Notes: a model not told the origin generated them from the sequence alone. A DNA stretch of 64,000 bases from Bacillota bacterium (GCA_012837335.1 DURM01000019.1:11247-75246), one strand, 5' to 3'; positions 31,980 through 41,824 are shown, counted from the stretch's first letter. A program made the numbers and translations.

Positions 31980-33198
31980 CTGCCTCACCGGCAGTCATCT
32001 CAGTTTCAGCGGCTTGCCCCTTCTCTGGATTAATCAACAGCTGAGATACGGGCACCAAATCAATGCCTGCAGCAGCAAACTCCGGAATCATTTCCCAAAC
32101 TGCTACAGCAGTAGCGGAGCGAACGTGTCCAATCGCAATTGCCGAACCATCCCGAACAGCCCTCTTCATTATCTGCCGAAGCTGCTGTTTAACTGCTTCA
32201 ACTTCGTTGACATTATCGATAAACAGATTATTCACCGCATAAGGAAGACCCACCGCGACAGCTGCCTGATCAGCCACCGATAAGGGAGTCGTAGAGCTGT
32301 CCAGAAAATAAAGTCCATGGTCTTTGATAACCTCCAAAACAATCCCCATTGTTTCGGCGTCAGCCGTAACTTTTGAACCCATATGATTATTCACGCCGGC
32401 AATCATCGGCAGATGAGCAATATTATCCCGCATGCGCTGCTGGATTTCTTCAGCTGCCATTGAAGTTAAGATGCCGCCTTCACCTAAATCCAGGTGGCTG
32501 TTTAGCGCTTCCATCGGCTGATGCAGAATTACCTCATGACCATGGGCAGCTGCCCGTTCCGCCAGCCGCACAGACTGAGGCAGATAAGGAATAATTGCTG
32601 TAGTAAGAGGAAAAGGATACTGTAAAAAAGCCTCTGCATAAACCGAGGAATAACCCCAATCATCAATCACTATGGCCAGTTTTGGCTTGTTATCTGCTAG
32701 TTGGATGCGGGGATTCATCTGGTTGATCTTCAGTTCAAACCCATGTCCTCCATCTGACAAGTACACCTTGGCTGTCATTTCTTCTTCATCATATTCCGTC
32801 TGAAAGGCCCAACCATGCTCTGCCCACAGCTTTGTTTCCAAACTGATGATCAAGTCATAGAGAGCATTTTCGCTCGCAGTTGGAACAATAAGATACTCAG
32901 CCCGCCTTGCATCCGAATCCAAGCTGGAATCCAGCACTAAATAACCGTGCAGTTCAAACACAGCCGCGGCACTGGCCAGCTTGTCCTCCATTTCTAGAAA
33001 TGGATCGAGAGTTTCCGGCTCCTCGAGAACAATGCTGTTCGCATCTCCGGACCCAACCGGCGTTTCCGCAGCCGATTTACTCATGGCCACCCACACAGCC
33101 GCAGTGCTGATCAGACAAATACTGACAACTATCAAGATCGAAGTGCTGAAGGAACGCCCAATCTGTTTGCCCTGTATATTCTGCTCCATCTTTCTCAC
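31948..33198 (-). CDS. Divergent polysaccharide deacetylase family protein (YibQ-like)
   Basis: N-terminal transmembrane segment plus a YibQ/PF04748-like domain ('LAIVIDDWGYS', 'NNHMGSKVT', 'HVRSATA'). Its 3' end overlaps ppa convergently by 32 nt. Confidence 0.65.
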   Translation of the reverse strand: MRKMEQNIQGKQIGRSFSTSILIVVSICLISTAAVWVAMSKSAAETPVGSGDANSIVLEEPETLDPFLEMEDKLASAAAVFELHGYLVLDSSLDSDARRAEYLIVPTASENALYDLIISLETKLWAEHGWAFQTEYDEEEMTAKVYLSDGGHGFELKINQMNPRIQLADNKPKLAIVIDDWGYSSVYAEAFLQYPFPLTTAIIPYLPQSVRLAERAAAHGHEVILHQPMEALNSHLDLGEGGILTSMAAEEIQQRMRDNIAHLPMIAGVNNHMGSKVTADAETMGIVLEVIKDHGLYFLDSSTTPLSVADQAAVAVGLPYAVNNLFIDNVNEVEAVKQQLRQIMKRAVRDGSAIAIGHVRSATAVAVWEMIPEFAAAGIDLVPVSQLLINPEKGQAAETEMTAGEAVTQPADYPGT

Positions 33199-34463
33199 CC
33201 CTTAAACTTCTGCCGCAGATGTTTCAGCATCCGGTTAAACCACGGTTCACGCATTACCATGTAAACAGGTTGATTTGGCTGCGGGGCAGGAATAAACCCA
33301 AGCGGTGGAATCTTTCCTTTAAAGTTGATTACCCGCGGTGGACTCTTGTCAATCACATTCTGCACTGTCAGCTTCGGGTCAATAACCCAGGGACCGATTT
33401 CTGCGATTAAATGCTGCGGACTTTCTATTCGAACATCATTAACCTGAAGAATTACATCACCCGTTGCTAACCCCATTTTAGCAGCCGGAGAATTTGGATA
33501 CACATCCAAAACCATTACGCCGTTCGTATAGGTAAAGACAGAGCTGCGGCGTTTCTCCCGCTCCTGCCCAAACCTGATCACCCATTCATGGCCTAAAGGG
33601 GCAAACAGCACTGGAATAAACTCTAAATACCTGTATTTATCTGCCACCAGCGTCAGCCCCAACAGCACAATACTGTATAAAAATAGATTTCTGGCCGAAT
33701 AAGCGGTTTTTTCTTCCGGCAGACTCGAAATTGCGATATCGCTGTAGCCAAGCCCGGCAAAGATCGGCGACAGTCTAAATACCAGAGTAAATCCTGCCGG
33801 AACCAAAAGTTCTGGTTTTAAAAGCGGCCACCAATCCGGCATCATAATGCCTGTTTCTAAAGCACTGCTTAATTCTACCGCCGCCAACACCGTAATAAAT
33901 GGCAGCGGCCAAAAACGCTGCAGACTGAATCCGCCAACAACTTTACCCTCGCTGTTTTGAACGTACAGGGGCATGGGGTTGCGGGGTCCGTTCAGGAATA
34001 TCAGCAGCGCTTCCACCAAGTGCAGTACTGCCACTAATCCCATGATCGAAGTTACACTAACCTTTGGAAATCCGAAGATCAGGTAGAAAAGGCTGACCAA
34101 TCCGCCTGCATAGGCAAAGCAGAGAAAACGCGGATTAAAAATCATCAGCGCCAGCGCTGTCAGCCACACAAACGCTATTCCTGTCGTAGACAAACTGATA
34201 CCCAGCGATACAAAGATGATGCTGGCAACGATTCCGCCCAGCAGACCATAGCCTAAACTGATCAGCGACTCTTTCAAAGGGCTGCCCCTATTCAATCCAA
34301 ACATCCGCCGCTGCAGAATGTACACTCGGCGGTATTGGCTGTAGATAATAACGCCCAGAACTGCTAAGATCATCAGATAAATCGGATCAAACAGGATATA
34401 AGGCAGTACCCGGAAAATCAATGCAATTATTTCAGGTAAATTGCCCACTAGTCTAACCTCCAT
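33195..34463 (-). CDS. Polytopic membrane protein with C-terminal PDZ domain
   Basis: At least 8 hydrophobic segments, then a PDZ fold ('GVMVLDVYPNSPAAKMGLATGDVILQVNDVRIESPQHL'). No HExxH motif, so not obviously a site-2 protease. Confidence 0.5.
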   Translation of the reverse strand: MEVRLVGNLPEIIALIFRVLPYILFDPIYLMILAVLGVIIYSQYRRVYILQRRMFGLNRGSPLKESLISLGYGLLGGIVASIIFVSLGISLSTTGIAFVWLTALALMIFNPRFLCFAYAGGLVSLFYLIFGFPKVSVTSIMGLVAVLHLVEALLIFLNGPRNPMPLYVQNSEGKVVGGFSLQRFWPLPFITVLAAVELSSALETGIMMPDWWPLLKPELLVPAGFTLVFRLSPIFAGLGYSDIAISSLPEEKTAYSARNLFLYSIVLLGLTLVADKYRYLEFIPVLFAPLGHEWVIRFGQEREKRRSSVFTYTNGVMVLDVYPNSPAAKMGLATGDVILQVNDVRIESPQHLIAEIGPWVIDPKLTVQNVIDKSPPRVINFKGKIPPLGFIPAPQPNQPVYMVMREPWFNRMLKHLRQKFKG

Positions 34464-34496
34464 CTATAAAAAGCCCCGGAGAAATCCGGGGACTAA

Positions 34497-35750
34497 TTAT
34501 TCTCCATTGATTTGACTGCGAATGATTTCCAGCGCTTTGTCAAGCTGCACATCTACTTCTGCTTCATCAAAGTAAATTGCAACCTCCTCTTCCTCGCTGA
34601 TTTCAATCACATAATCAGGTTCAATGCCTACTTCATTGATGTCATGTCCTCCAGCGGTCAGATACACCTGTTCAGTTAAACTGATCGCACCACCACCGCG
34701 AAGCGGTACAATTGACTGCACTAAACCTTTGCCAAAGGTGGTGGTTCCCACCAGCACCGCCAAATCATGATCCCTAAGCGCTCCGGCAACAATCTCTGAT
34801 GCGCTGGCACTGGAACCATTGATCAGCACTACCATCGGAATCGGATTCCTGGTATTCTCGGCAGAGGCTGTAAAACTGTGACGGTTTCCGTCCCGATCTT
34901 CCAAATGCACAATGGGACCGGTATGAATAAACTCATCAGCTACCTGCAGTGCTGCGCTCAGAGTTCCTCCAGGATTAAACCGCAGATCTAAAATCAGTCC
35001 GGCCATACCTTCCGCTTCCAGCTGGTCCAGCGCTGTTCTCAACTCGGAATAAGTTCGGTCTGAAAAATTGGTTAACTGAATATATCCAATCCCCGGTTCA
35101 AGCATCTCCGTCCGCTCGATCGAGTTAACAGAAATAAGGTCCCGGACAATAGAAACATCGAGAATTTCTTCATCCCTTTGAATAGTAATAGTCACTTCTG
35201 TGCCCGGCTCTCCCCGCATTAAGCTTGCCGCTTCATCAGTAGTCATATAGTTAGTGTCGCGATCTTCAATCTTTATGATCCGATCATTGCCGCGCAAGCC
35301 TGCCTGTTCACCGGGAGTGCCTTTGATGGGAGAAATGATTGTTAACTGCTCATCGCGAATTCCGATCACAATTCCAATACCGCCAAACACACCGGATGTA
35401 TCACTCATCAAACTCTCATAGGCGTGCTGATCCATATAACGCGTATACGGGTCTTCGAGCGCTTTAGCCAGCATTCCTCTGATACTGCCCGTTTCCGCAT
35501 AAGCGCTGAGCAGGTCGGATACCTCTACCGGTTTATAAAACCGTGACCTGACCAGTGTTACGATTTCCAGCAAACTGCCGGCATCATCGGTTACTACTGC
35601 GGACTCGGTCCCCACACCAATACTTGGGAAGACTGAACCATACAAAAATGCTGCTAATAACAAGAGTACGGCTGTTGATAAGACTAATACTCTGCGCTTC
35701 ACCGGATCACCGCCTTTTTCTACTATTTCTATTCTGGTCCTCTGTCTCAA
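34497..35750 (-). CDS. ctpA: S41 family C-terminal processing peptidase (CtpA/Prc-like)
   Basis: PDZ ('GIGIVIGIRDEQLTI') plus S41 catalytic core ('LILDLRFNPGG', 'GSSASASE', 'TTFGKG'). Confidence 0.85.
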   Translation of the reverse strand: MRQRTRIEIVEKGGDPVKRRVLVLSTAVLLLLAAFLYGSVFPSIGVGTESAVVTDDAGSLLEIVTLVRSRFYKPVEVSDLLSAYAETGSIRGMLAKALEDPYTRYMDQHAYESLMSDTSGVFGGIGIVIGIRDEQLTIISPIKGTPGEQAGLRGNDRIIKIEDRDTNYMTTDEAASLMRGEPGTEVTITIQRDEEILDVSIVRDLISVNSIERTEMLEPGIGYIQLTNFSDRTYSELRTALDQLEAEGMAGLILDLRFNPGGTLSAALQVADEFIHTGPIVHLEDRDGNRHSFTASAENTRNPIPMVVLINGSSASASEIVAGALRDHDLAVLVGTTTFGKGLVQSIVPLRGGGAISLTEQVYLTAGGHDINEVGIEPDYVIEISEEEEVAIYFDEAEVDVQLDKALEIIRSQINGE

Positions 35751-35815
35751 TATTACAGTTCACATCTTCATATGATTTCTCAATGAAACCGTCGAATTCC
35801 TGCAAAGTCAAAAAG

Positions 35816-36928
35816 TTAACTCAACCAAATCCATGGATCAACATGTTCTTGATGCTGGCGGACCTCAAAATGTAGATGAGGACCGGTGCTGAATCCGGTA
35901 GAACCGACTAAAGCAACAGCATCTCCGGCGCGGACTATATCTCCCGGTTTAACCAGCAGCTTAGAGGCATGGGCATAAAGTGTAGACAAGCCCTCCCCAT
36001 GATCAATAACCACTGTCAATCCATAGCCATTGGCATCTTCGCTGAGAACTACCGTGCCATCAGCTGCAGCCCGAATCGGGACTCCAGCATTGACCGCCAA
36101 GTCGATCCCGGTATGGAAACGCTCTTCCTCATAGATGGGATGAAAGCGCATGCCATAATCAGAGGACACAACTCCCTTTTCATCCAGCGGCCACACAAAC
36201 TCCGAAAAGCCAACGCTGTCCCGCACCTGTTTCTCCAACTGCCAGGCGCGACTTTCTTCTCGATATATCTTTCGCGTTAATTCCGAGATTTGCTGCCGGA
36301 TAGCGGCATTATCCTTCTTTTTATCCGATAGCTCGCTGCCGGCACTTTTCAGTTCAGCTTCTAACCTACTCAATCTGGCCTGCAGCTCTGCTTGCTCCGC
36401 CATCAGAGCGGTCAGCTGCTTCTGACCCTGCTGGTTCTTTCGCTGCTCCGTTTTGTGGGTATCTGCAGCTGCTCGGTACTCTTCAGCGCTTTTATAAAGC
36501 AGGTAATCCAAGAACAATCCAGCATTTGGATTAACCGGCTGGCCTTTTCTTAAAGCTGAATCAGCACTTCTGCTCAACTTGGCAAGTTGTTCTTGAGACC
36601 GCCGGCTGTGAATCTCTGCGGATTTACCTCTGGCAGCAAGCTTTTCTTCAAGATCGGCACGCTCCGCAGCCGCTTGATTAATCGCTTCCAGAATCTCCGC
36701 CTGCTCTGTCTTGAAAGCATCATACTGTTTTTGCTGCTGATCAAGTTCGCGAGCTGTTTGCTCCACCTTGGTCTCCAGCTCAGCCAGCTCTGCCTGCATC
36801 TTCTCAATCTGAGCCTTTGATTCAACGTAAGACTCCCGAATAACCGTAGGATTATCCCCATCTGCAGCCGCAGCCATCCCGGTAAATGCAGTAAATACTA
36901 CTAATAATAAAACAATTAGGCGGCGCAT
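35816..36928 (-). CDS. Coiled-coil M23 family metallopeptidase (EnvC-like architecture, catalytic residues intact)
   Basis: Signal peptide, then about 230 aa of heptad-rich coiled coil. The C-terminal M23 domain has HxxxD ('HTGIDLA') and HxH ('GPHLHFEV') zinc ligands. Confidence 0.8.
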   Translation of the reverse strand: MRRLIVLLLVVFTAFTGMAAAADGDNPTVIRESYVESKAQIEKMQAELAELETKVEQTARELDQQQKQYDAFKTEQAEILEAINQAAAERADLEEKLAARGKSAEIHSRRSQEQLAKLSRSADSALRKGQPVNPNAGLFLDYLLYKSAEEYRAAADTHKTEQRKNQQGQKQLTALMAEQAELQARLSRLEAELKSAGSELSDKKKDNAAIRQQISELTRKIYREESRAWQLEKQVRDSVGFSEFVWPLDEKGVVSSDYGMRFHPIYEEERFHTGIDLAVNAGVPIRAAADGTVVLSEDANGYGLTVVIDHGEGLSTLYAHASKLLVKPGDIVRAGDAVALVGSTGFSTGPHLHFEVRQHQEHVDPWIWLS

Positions 36929-37437
36929 TGATTCCCACGCCTCCTAAACAATCTAACACCATGAATACCTGCTATGGCAGCAGCAACACTGAAAACCAGC
37001 ACCATTAAGCCATAAATTCGCTGTAATGCTGCGCTAAAACCAGCAAGCTGAGCAGCGGTTTCGCCATGGTACGCAACATATTCCACACCGGCAAGTTCCT
37101 GAACCGCTTCAGCAGCTGACGCTCCGGATTGTGGCTCAATGCTGACATCAAGATAATGCGGCATTGGTTCCGCTTCCGGCCAGGGATGACCTAGGGCCGC
37201 TTCAAACTCAGCCGCTGCCTGCTCGGCATCGAAAACTGTCACCGCAGCAACACCATCTACTGCTCTAACTGCAGATGCGATTCTGTCAAGATCTGCACCG
37301 TGTTCAGGAAATACCCGCATAATGCTGCTTTCAATCACCGCAGCATGGAGTTCGCGCACAGAAAAAATTAAGCCGGCAGTTAGGACACACAGCAATACAA
37401 ACACTGCCAGCAGTGGAATGCCCTTATTATAAGTCAT
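36916..37437 (-). CDS. Truncated FtsX-like protein (TM1 + extracellular domain + TM2 only)
   Basis: 173 aa. It aligns to FtsX from TM1 through TM2 ('...LMVLVFSVAAAIAGIHGVRLFRRR'). It stops exactly where FtsX continues with the 'EIEIMKLVGAT' cytoplasmic loop. No alternative frame continues, and the next gene starts 12 nt before this stop. It has its own RBS (GGAGGGAG) and a TATAAT box. Confidence 0.6.
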   Translation of the reverse strand: MTYNKGIPLLAVFVLLCVLTAGLIFSVRELHAAVIESSIMRVFPEHGADLDRIASAVRAVDGVAAVTVFDAEQAAAEFEAALGHPWPEAEPMPHYLDVSIEPQSGASAAEAVQELAGVEYVAYHGETAAQLAGFSAALQRIYGLMVLVFSVAAAIAGIHGVRLFRRRGNQCAA

Positions 37438-37546
37438 AATTAAACTCCCTCCACTAACTTATGTTAGTTATGGTATCGGACATTCCCATTATAGACCAAT
37501 CTAGGGCAATAAACAAGGTTTCAGGGCTGGCAATAACTCGTATTCC

Positions 37547-38389
37547 TTACATTCTTTTGAAGCCTTCCCCAAGTACCTCATGAACATCGCTGATAACTAC
37601 AAACGCATTGGGATCAATTTCCTTGACAAGCTCCCGCAGACTCTGGATCTCGGAGCGAGAAACAATCACATACAAAACTTCGCGTTCAGCTCCAGTATAC
37701 ATTCCTTTGCCAAACAGCGCAGTTGCTCCCCGTTCGAGCTTAGTGAGAATCATCTGGCCAACTTCTTCTGTATGATCGGTGATGATCAATGCTGCCTTAG
37801 CATAACTCTGTCCTTCCTGAACTACATCGATTGCTTTCGTGGTGACAAATACGGCTAACAGCGCGTATAAAGCCAGTTCCGGTCCAAAGACAAAAGCGGC
37901 CAGGGCAATCACAAATCCGTCCACAAATAAAAGTGCTCGCCCAACTGATGTAGGGAAAAATCTAGCAATCAACTGGGCTGCCATATCAGTTCCACCGGTG
38001 CTGCCTCCAAAGCGGAAAGTGATCCCCAGTCCCACACCGGTAATCACACCTCCATACACCGCCGATAAAAGAGGATCCGAGGTCAGGGGCACCGCCCACC
38101 GCTGAAACAAGTCAACTAAGAGCGAGAGTGTGACTGTGCCGACAAAGGTCTTAGCACCATAAACCGTTCCCAGAATCCTGATTCCGGCAATGAATAAAGG
38201 GATGTTTAAAGCCAGCATGGTCAGACCTACCGGGAAATTAAACAAATGATACGCTACAGTGGACAACCCGCTGACGCCGCCTGCAGCAATCCGGCTCGGG
38301 ATTAAAAACCAGCTCAGCCCAAACGCGGTAATGACCACACCAAAGAGTACGCCAAAATATTCCCGCAGTTTTTGAACGAATTTACCCAT
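37547..38389 (-). CDS. YitT-family membrane protein (DUF161 + DUF2179)
   Basis: Multi-TM N-terminus ('GGVSGLSTVAYHL') and a C-terminal DUF2179-like domain ('VLYVIVSRSEIQSLRELVKEIDPNAFVVISDV'). Start set at 'MGKFVQKL'. Confidence 0.7.
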   Translation of the reverse strand: MGKFVQKLREYFGVLFGVVITAFGLSWFLIPSRIAAGGVSGLSTVAYHLFNFPVGLTMLALNIPLFIAGIRILGTVYGAKTFVGTVTLSLLVDLFQRWAVPLTSDPLLSAVYGGVITGVGLGITFRFGGSTGGTDMAAQLIARFFPTSVGRALLFVDGFVIALAAFVFGPELALYALLAVFVTTKAIDVVQEGQSYAKAALIITDHTEEVGQMILTKLERGATALFGKGMYTGAEREVLYVIVSRSEIQSLRELVKEIDPNAFVVISDVHEVLGEGFKRM

Positions 38390-39128
38390 TCGCAGGCTTA
38401 CCTCCTGAAAATAACCTTTCAAACAGCACCCATAAAGCAAACTGAGGTAACGCTGCCGCCCGTCCTACACGCGATGGCTGCTGGAGGATGCGATACAGCC
38501 ATTCCAAACCAAACCTCCGCATCCACCGCGGCGCGCGGCGAACGGTTCCGGCTAGAATATCAAAGCTGCCCCCCACTCCCATTGCTACCGGTACCCCTAG
38601 TGAGGCAAGGTGAGCTGCCGCAAACTTTTCCTGTTTAGGCACTCCCAGCGCTACGAAGAGTATGTCCGGCCGGGAAGCTTTTATCTTTTCTAGCACTCCG
38701 TTCAGATCCTCCTGCTTAAAATACCCATGATGAGTGCCGACAATGTTGATACCATTATATTCCTCAGCTATTCTATTGGCAGCCTGCTCTGCTACCCCCG
38801 GTGCTGCTCCCAGCAGAAAGACCCGCCATCCGCGGGTGGAGCTTTCTGCCAGCATGGCCTGCATTAATTCAACGCCGGGTACCCGTTCCGGTAGCGGCTG
38901 TTTGAGAATTCTGCCTGCCCAGATCACGCCGATTCCGTCAGGAACAACCAGATCTGCCCTCTCGATAATCTCGTAAAGCAGTGGATCCCTGTTAGCAGCT
39001 ACGATCATCTCTGAGTTAGCAGTGACTACTAAATGCGGTTTAGGCTGCTTAATCATTGCGGCAATCTCGGCAACCGCCTCATCCATGGTAACTTGATCAA
39101 TTTTTACTCCCAAGATGCTGCTTTTCAT
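38382..39128 (-). CDS. tagA: WecB/TagA/CpsF-family glycosyltransferase (N-acetylmannosaminyltransferase-like)
   Basis: 248 aa ('VVTANSEMIV', 'VPDGIGVIWAGR', 'FLLGAAPGVAEQAA', 'LGVPKQEKF'), typical of TagA/WecG. Confidence 0.75.
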   Translation of the reverse strand: MKSSILGVKIDQVTMDEAVAEIAAMIKQPKPHLVVTANSEMIVAANRDPLLYEIIERADLVVPDGIGVIWAGRILKQPLPERVPGVELMQAMLAESSTRGWRVFLLGAAPGVAEQAANRIAEEYNGINIVGTHHGYFKQEDLNGVLEKIKASRPDILFVALGVPKQEKFAAAHLASLGVPVAMGVGGSFDILAGTVRRAPRWMRRFGLEWLYRILQQPSRVGRAAALPQFALWVLFERLFSGGKPANG

Positions 39129-39140
39129 ACTCGTCCCCCA

Positions 39141-40175
39141 TTATTTATTCCTTACAGCTGCAGCGAGTACATCGCGGTTTTTTTTGCTTAAAGTCCGCAT
39201 CAGCTCCACACGTTCAGCTAACCGCCGGAGATAATCATCACGGTCAGCGCGCACCTGAACTAGTTCGGCTGTCAGATCTTGATCCGGCTGTGGTGAAGAT
39301 ACTTTAATGCCTAATTGAGAGCTCACAGCTGCAACTTTCGGATCATAACAGAGTCCCAGAGGAGCGCTGCCCCCCAGTGCCGCAAAAATCAAGCCATGAA
39401 GCCGCATCGAAACACAGATCTCAGCAGCAGACATTAAACGAAATGCGCTGTTCCAGTCCTCAGCAATTATAAATTCAAGTTCAGGTATCTCCTGCTGCAG
39501 TTTCCGACCAATTTCCGCATCACCCGGACCTAAGGCAGCAAATCGGACATCGAGGTTGAGCCCGCTTTTCCAGCTGTTAATTAAATCCACCCACCGGTAA
39601 AAATCTGCCTGCAAAGTAGGATAAGGCCGCAGGTTAATAGTTAATCCTGGTGCAGTTGCGCGGTGGTCCAGCTGCAGGTTAAAAACCGGATCGGCTGCGG
39701 TAATAATTAGGCTCTCATCCAACCCCCAGTCCTGCAGAAGCTGCGCACTTCCCGCATCCCGAACAGAAATCCCGTGCACACGGCTGAACACTGATTTGAT
39801 CCAGCGCTGATACACTCGGCTGCTGACCGGGCCTATTCCCTGGCCATAGATGACAACTTTGCATCCAAAGCTTAGTGCGAGTTGAATAATGAGCAGATAA
39901 TAGGGAACTGTGCGCCAGCTGGTGCTGTCCTGCAGCAGCGAACCCCCACCGCTGATCAGCAGCCTGCTGCGGCGTACAGCTCTGACAATTGCGGGAAAAT
40001 TAGAGCGGGGCACCGCGCTGACCTTGTGCAGAGCCGCCGTTTCTTCCGGATTGCCGGAAAGCACTGTAATTTCGCTGGGATCAACACCCAATGAGACTAA
40101 ATCAGAGCACAAAGCCGCTAAAACAGCTTCATCACCGCTGTTGCCGCAGCCGTAATACCCGGAAATAAGAATCAT
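39141..40175 (-). CDS. csaB: Polysaccharide pyruvyl transferase CsaB
   Basis: Starts 'MILISGYYGCGNSGDEAVLAAL...'. Polysaccharide-pyruvyl-transferase fold of the CsaB type, which pyruvylates secondary cell-wall polymer so that SLH domains can bind it. Confidence 0.75.
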   Translation of the reverse strand: MILISGYYGCGNSGDEAVLAALCSDLVSLGVDPSEITVLSGNPEETAALHKVSAVPRSNFPAIVRAVRRSRLLISGGGSLLQDSTSWRTVPYYLLIIQLALSFGCKVVIYGQGIGPVSSRVYQRWIKSVFSRVHGISVRDAGSAQLLQDWGLDESLIITAADPVFNLQLDHRATAPGLTINLRPYPTLQADFYRWVDLINSWKSGLNLDVRFAALGPGDAEIGRKLQQEIPELEFIIAEDWNSAFRLMSAAEICVSMRLHGLIFAALGGSAPLGLCYDPKVAAVSSQLGIKVSSPQPDQDLTAELVQVRADRDDYLRRLAERVELMRTLSKKNRDVLAAAVRNK

Positions 40176-41824
40176 CCGCTGCTCACCTTTGTTCCTTTCT
40201 GATAGACCAGCCACAGCACCCATCCTACTGCATATCCGATAACAAGACCGTTAACTGTGCGGATAGCGCTGATAATAATCGGTGTGTGGATGTGGGTAAA
40301 TGTATTGACCAGGGATAACTGCCCAATTACTGCTAAACCCATTAAAATTGGATTGCGGTTCTTAGATGCCAGCAGCAGAACCAGCGCTGGGTGCCCGATA
40401 AATATCTCCTTAAAGCGGGGTCTAACGGTAAAAAACTGCTCCAAGGCTTCCCGCAGACCGATTTCAAACTGAGGTATTGGCAGTTTAAAGTTGGCAGTCC
40501 GCAGAATATATACTGCTCCAACCGCACCAACAACCGCCAGCATCAGCAGATATTTTACCGGCACCGATGTCTGATACAACTCCGATACCACCTGTCTAAA
40601 TTCCCGCCAAGATCGAAACGGCAGTCTATCCCTTAAATATCCGGTGACAAAAACTAAAAACACAGGGGCCAAATGCATCAGCTTCACTCCACGAAACTCG
40701 GTCAGCTTAACCAAGAAGGATGTGCCGCTGAGAATACCGATGATCAAAATCAAGCCAATAAAAGACCACGCTGTTGTTCGTAGATAAAGCTGGATTGTTG
40801 AGCCATCATCATGATTCCGCACCACTGCTAAGGTTGGAAAAACCACTGCTGCTGTCAGCGCCAGCAGCTGCTGACCTAGCACGGGAGCTCTGCTCAGAAT
40901 GAACCAGGAACCGATACCGCTGATCAAAAGCAGGACAACTATCCACTCTGGCTCTAATGTCATCCAGTGCTGTAGAAGCAGCAATGCCCCGGCTATAATG
41001 CCTAACCCGACGATCCACAAGTGCAGATGGGGTGTCTGCCAGGAACTGAATGGAACAGCTTTACCAATCTTGTATCCCTTAGCATGCAGATCCGCAGTCA
41101 AGCTTCTGATCAAGGTAACTGTTTGCTCCCAGCCATCTACTCCGGTTAACGGACGCAGATACAGAACACGGACATTGCGTTCCCGCACCGCTCGGACAAA
41201 TCGGGTCAGAATCCGATCAAACTCCAGATTTTCAAGCTCCTTAGCGCTGATACCATGAACGCGAATCAGCCGATCTGCATCTACAGCCTGTTCAATCCCC
41301 GACACACTGGTAAACTCCACCAAACCTACATTTCCATCATAGTCAGGTGGTAGGTTAGGTGCCGAACCGACATTAAAGATCACTATATGGGGCGTTAAGT
41401 CCGCTAATTTATCTGCTGTGGAAATATCCAAAACCTGGTTCTTCTCAAGCCGCGGGATTATCCTCATGCCTGCGGCAGAAACTGCAGCGATTTCATCAGG
41501 ATTAAATCCCATCGGCTCAGCCAATAGCTGAACCAGATCGCCACCTGATGCGCTTGCAGATGCAGCATGATCATATCCCAAGGCGATCTTTTCACCCAAA
41601 GTCCATTCTGTTAAAGCAATGCTTTCTATTCCCAGACTTCTTAATTCTGACAGCAGGGCAGCCGCCGGAAACTCAGGTGAAATAAACTGACTGAAGTCGC
41701 TGAAACCAGCGACTAATTCTACCGTATTATTCTCCCGTTCCAGATGAAGCCTTTGATAACCGACTGCGACAGCACCGGCCAAAGCTACTGCGATCAGCAA
41801 AATCAATGTACGCTTCATAATCAA
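40172..41824 (-). CDS. Large membrane protein, DUF5693-like (csaB-associated)
   Basis: 550 aa. N-terminal signal anchor, an extracytoplasmic domain of about 250 aa, then at least 8 TM helices. Family name is from memory of csaB-neighbour annotations and was not verified. Confidence 0.4.
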   Translation of the reverse strand: MIMKRTLILLIAVALAGAVAVGYQRLHLERENNTVELVAGFSDFSQFISPEFPAAALLSELRSLGIESIALTEWTLGEKIALGYDHAASASASGGDLVQLLAEPMGFNPDEIAAVSAAGMRIIPRLEKNQVLDISTADKLADLTPHIVIFNVGSAPNLPPDYDGNVGLVEFTSVSGIEQAVDADRLIRVHGISAKELENLEFDRILTRFVRAVRERNVRVLYLRPLTGVDGWEQTVTLIRSLTADLHAKGYKIGKAVPFSSWQTPHLHLWIVGLGIIAGALLLLQHWMTLEPEWIVVLLLISGIGSWFILSRAPVLGQQLLALTAAVVFPTLAVVRNHDDGSTIQLYLRTTAWSFIGLILIIGILSGTSFLVKLTEFRGVKLMHLAPVFLVFVTGYLRDRLPFRSWREFRQVVSELYQTSVPVKYLLMLAVVGAVGAVYILRTANFKLPIPQFEIGLREALEQFFTVRPRFKEIFIGHPALVLLLASKNRNPILMGLAVIGQLSLVNTFTHIHTPIIISAIRTVNGLVIGYAVGWVLWLVYQKGTKVSSG

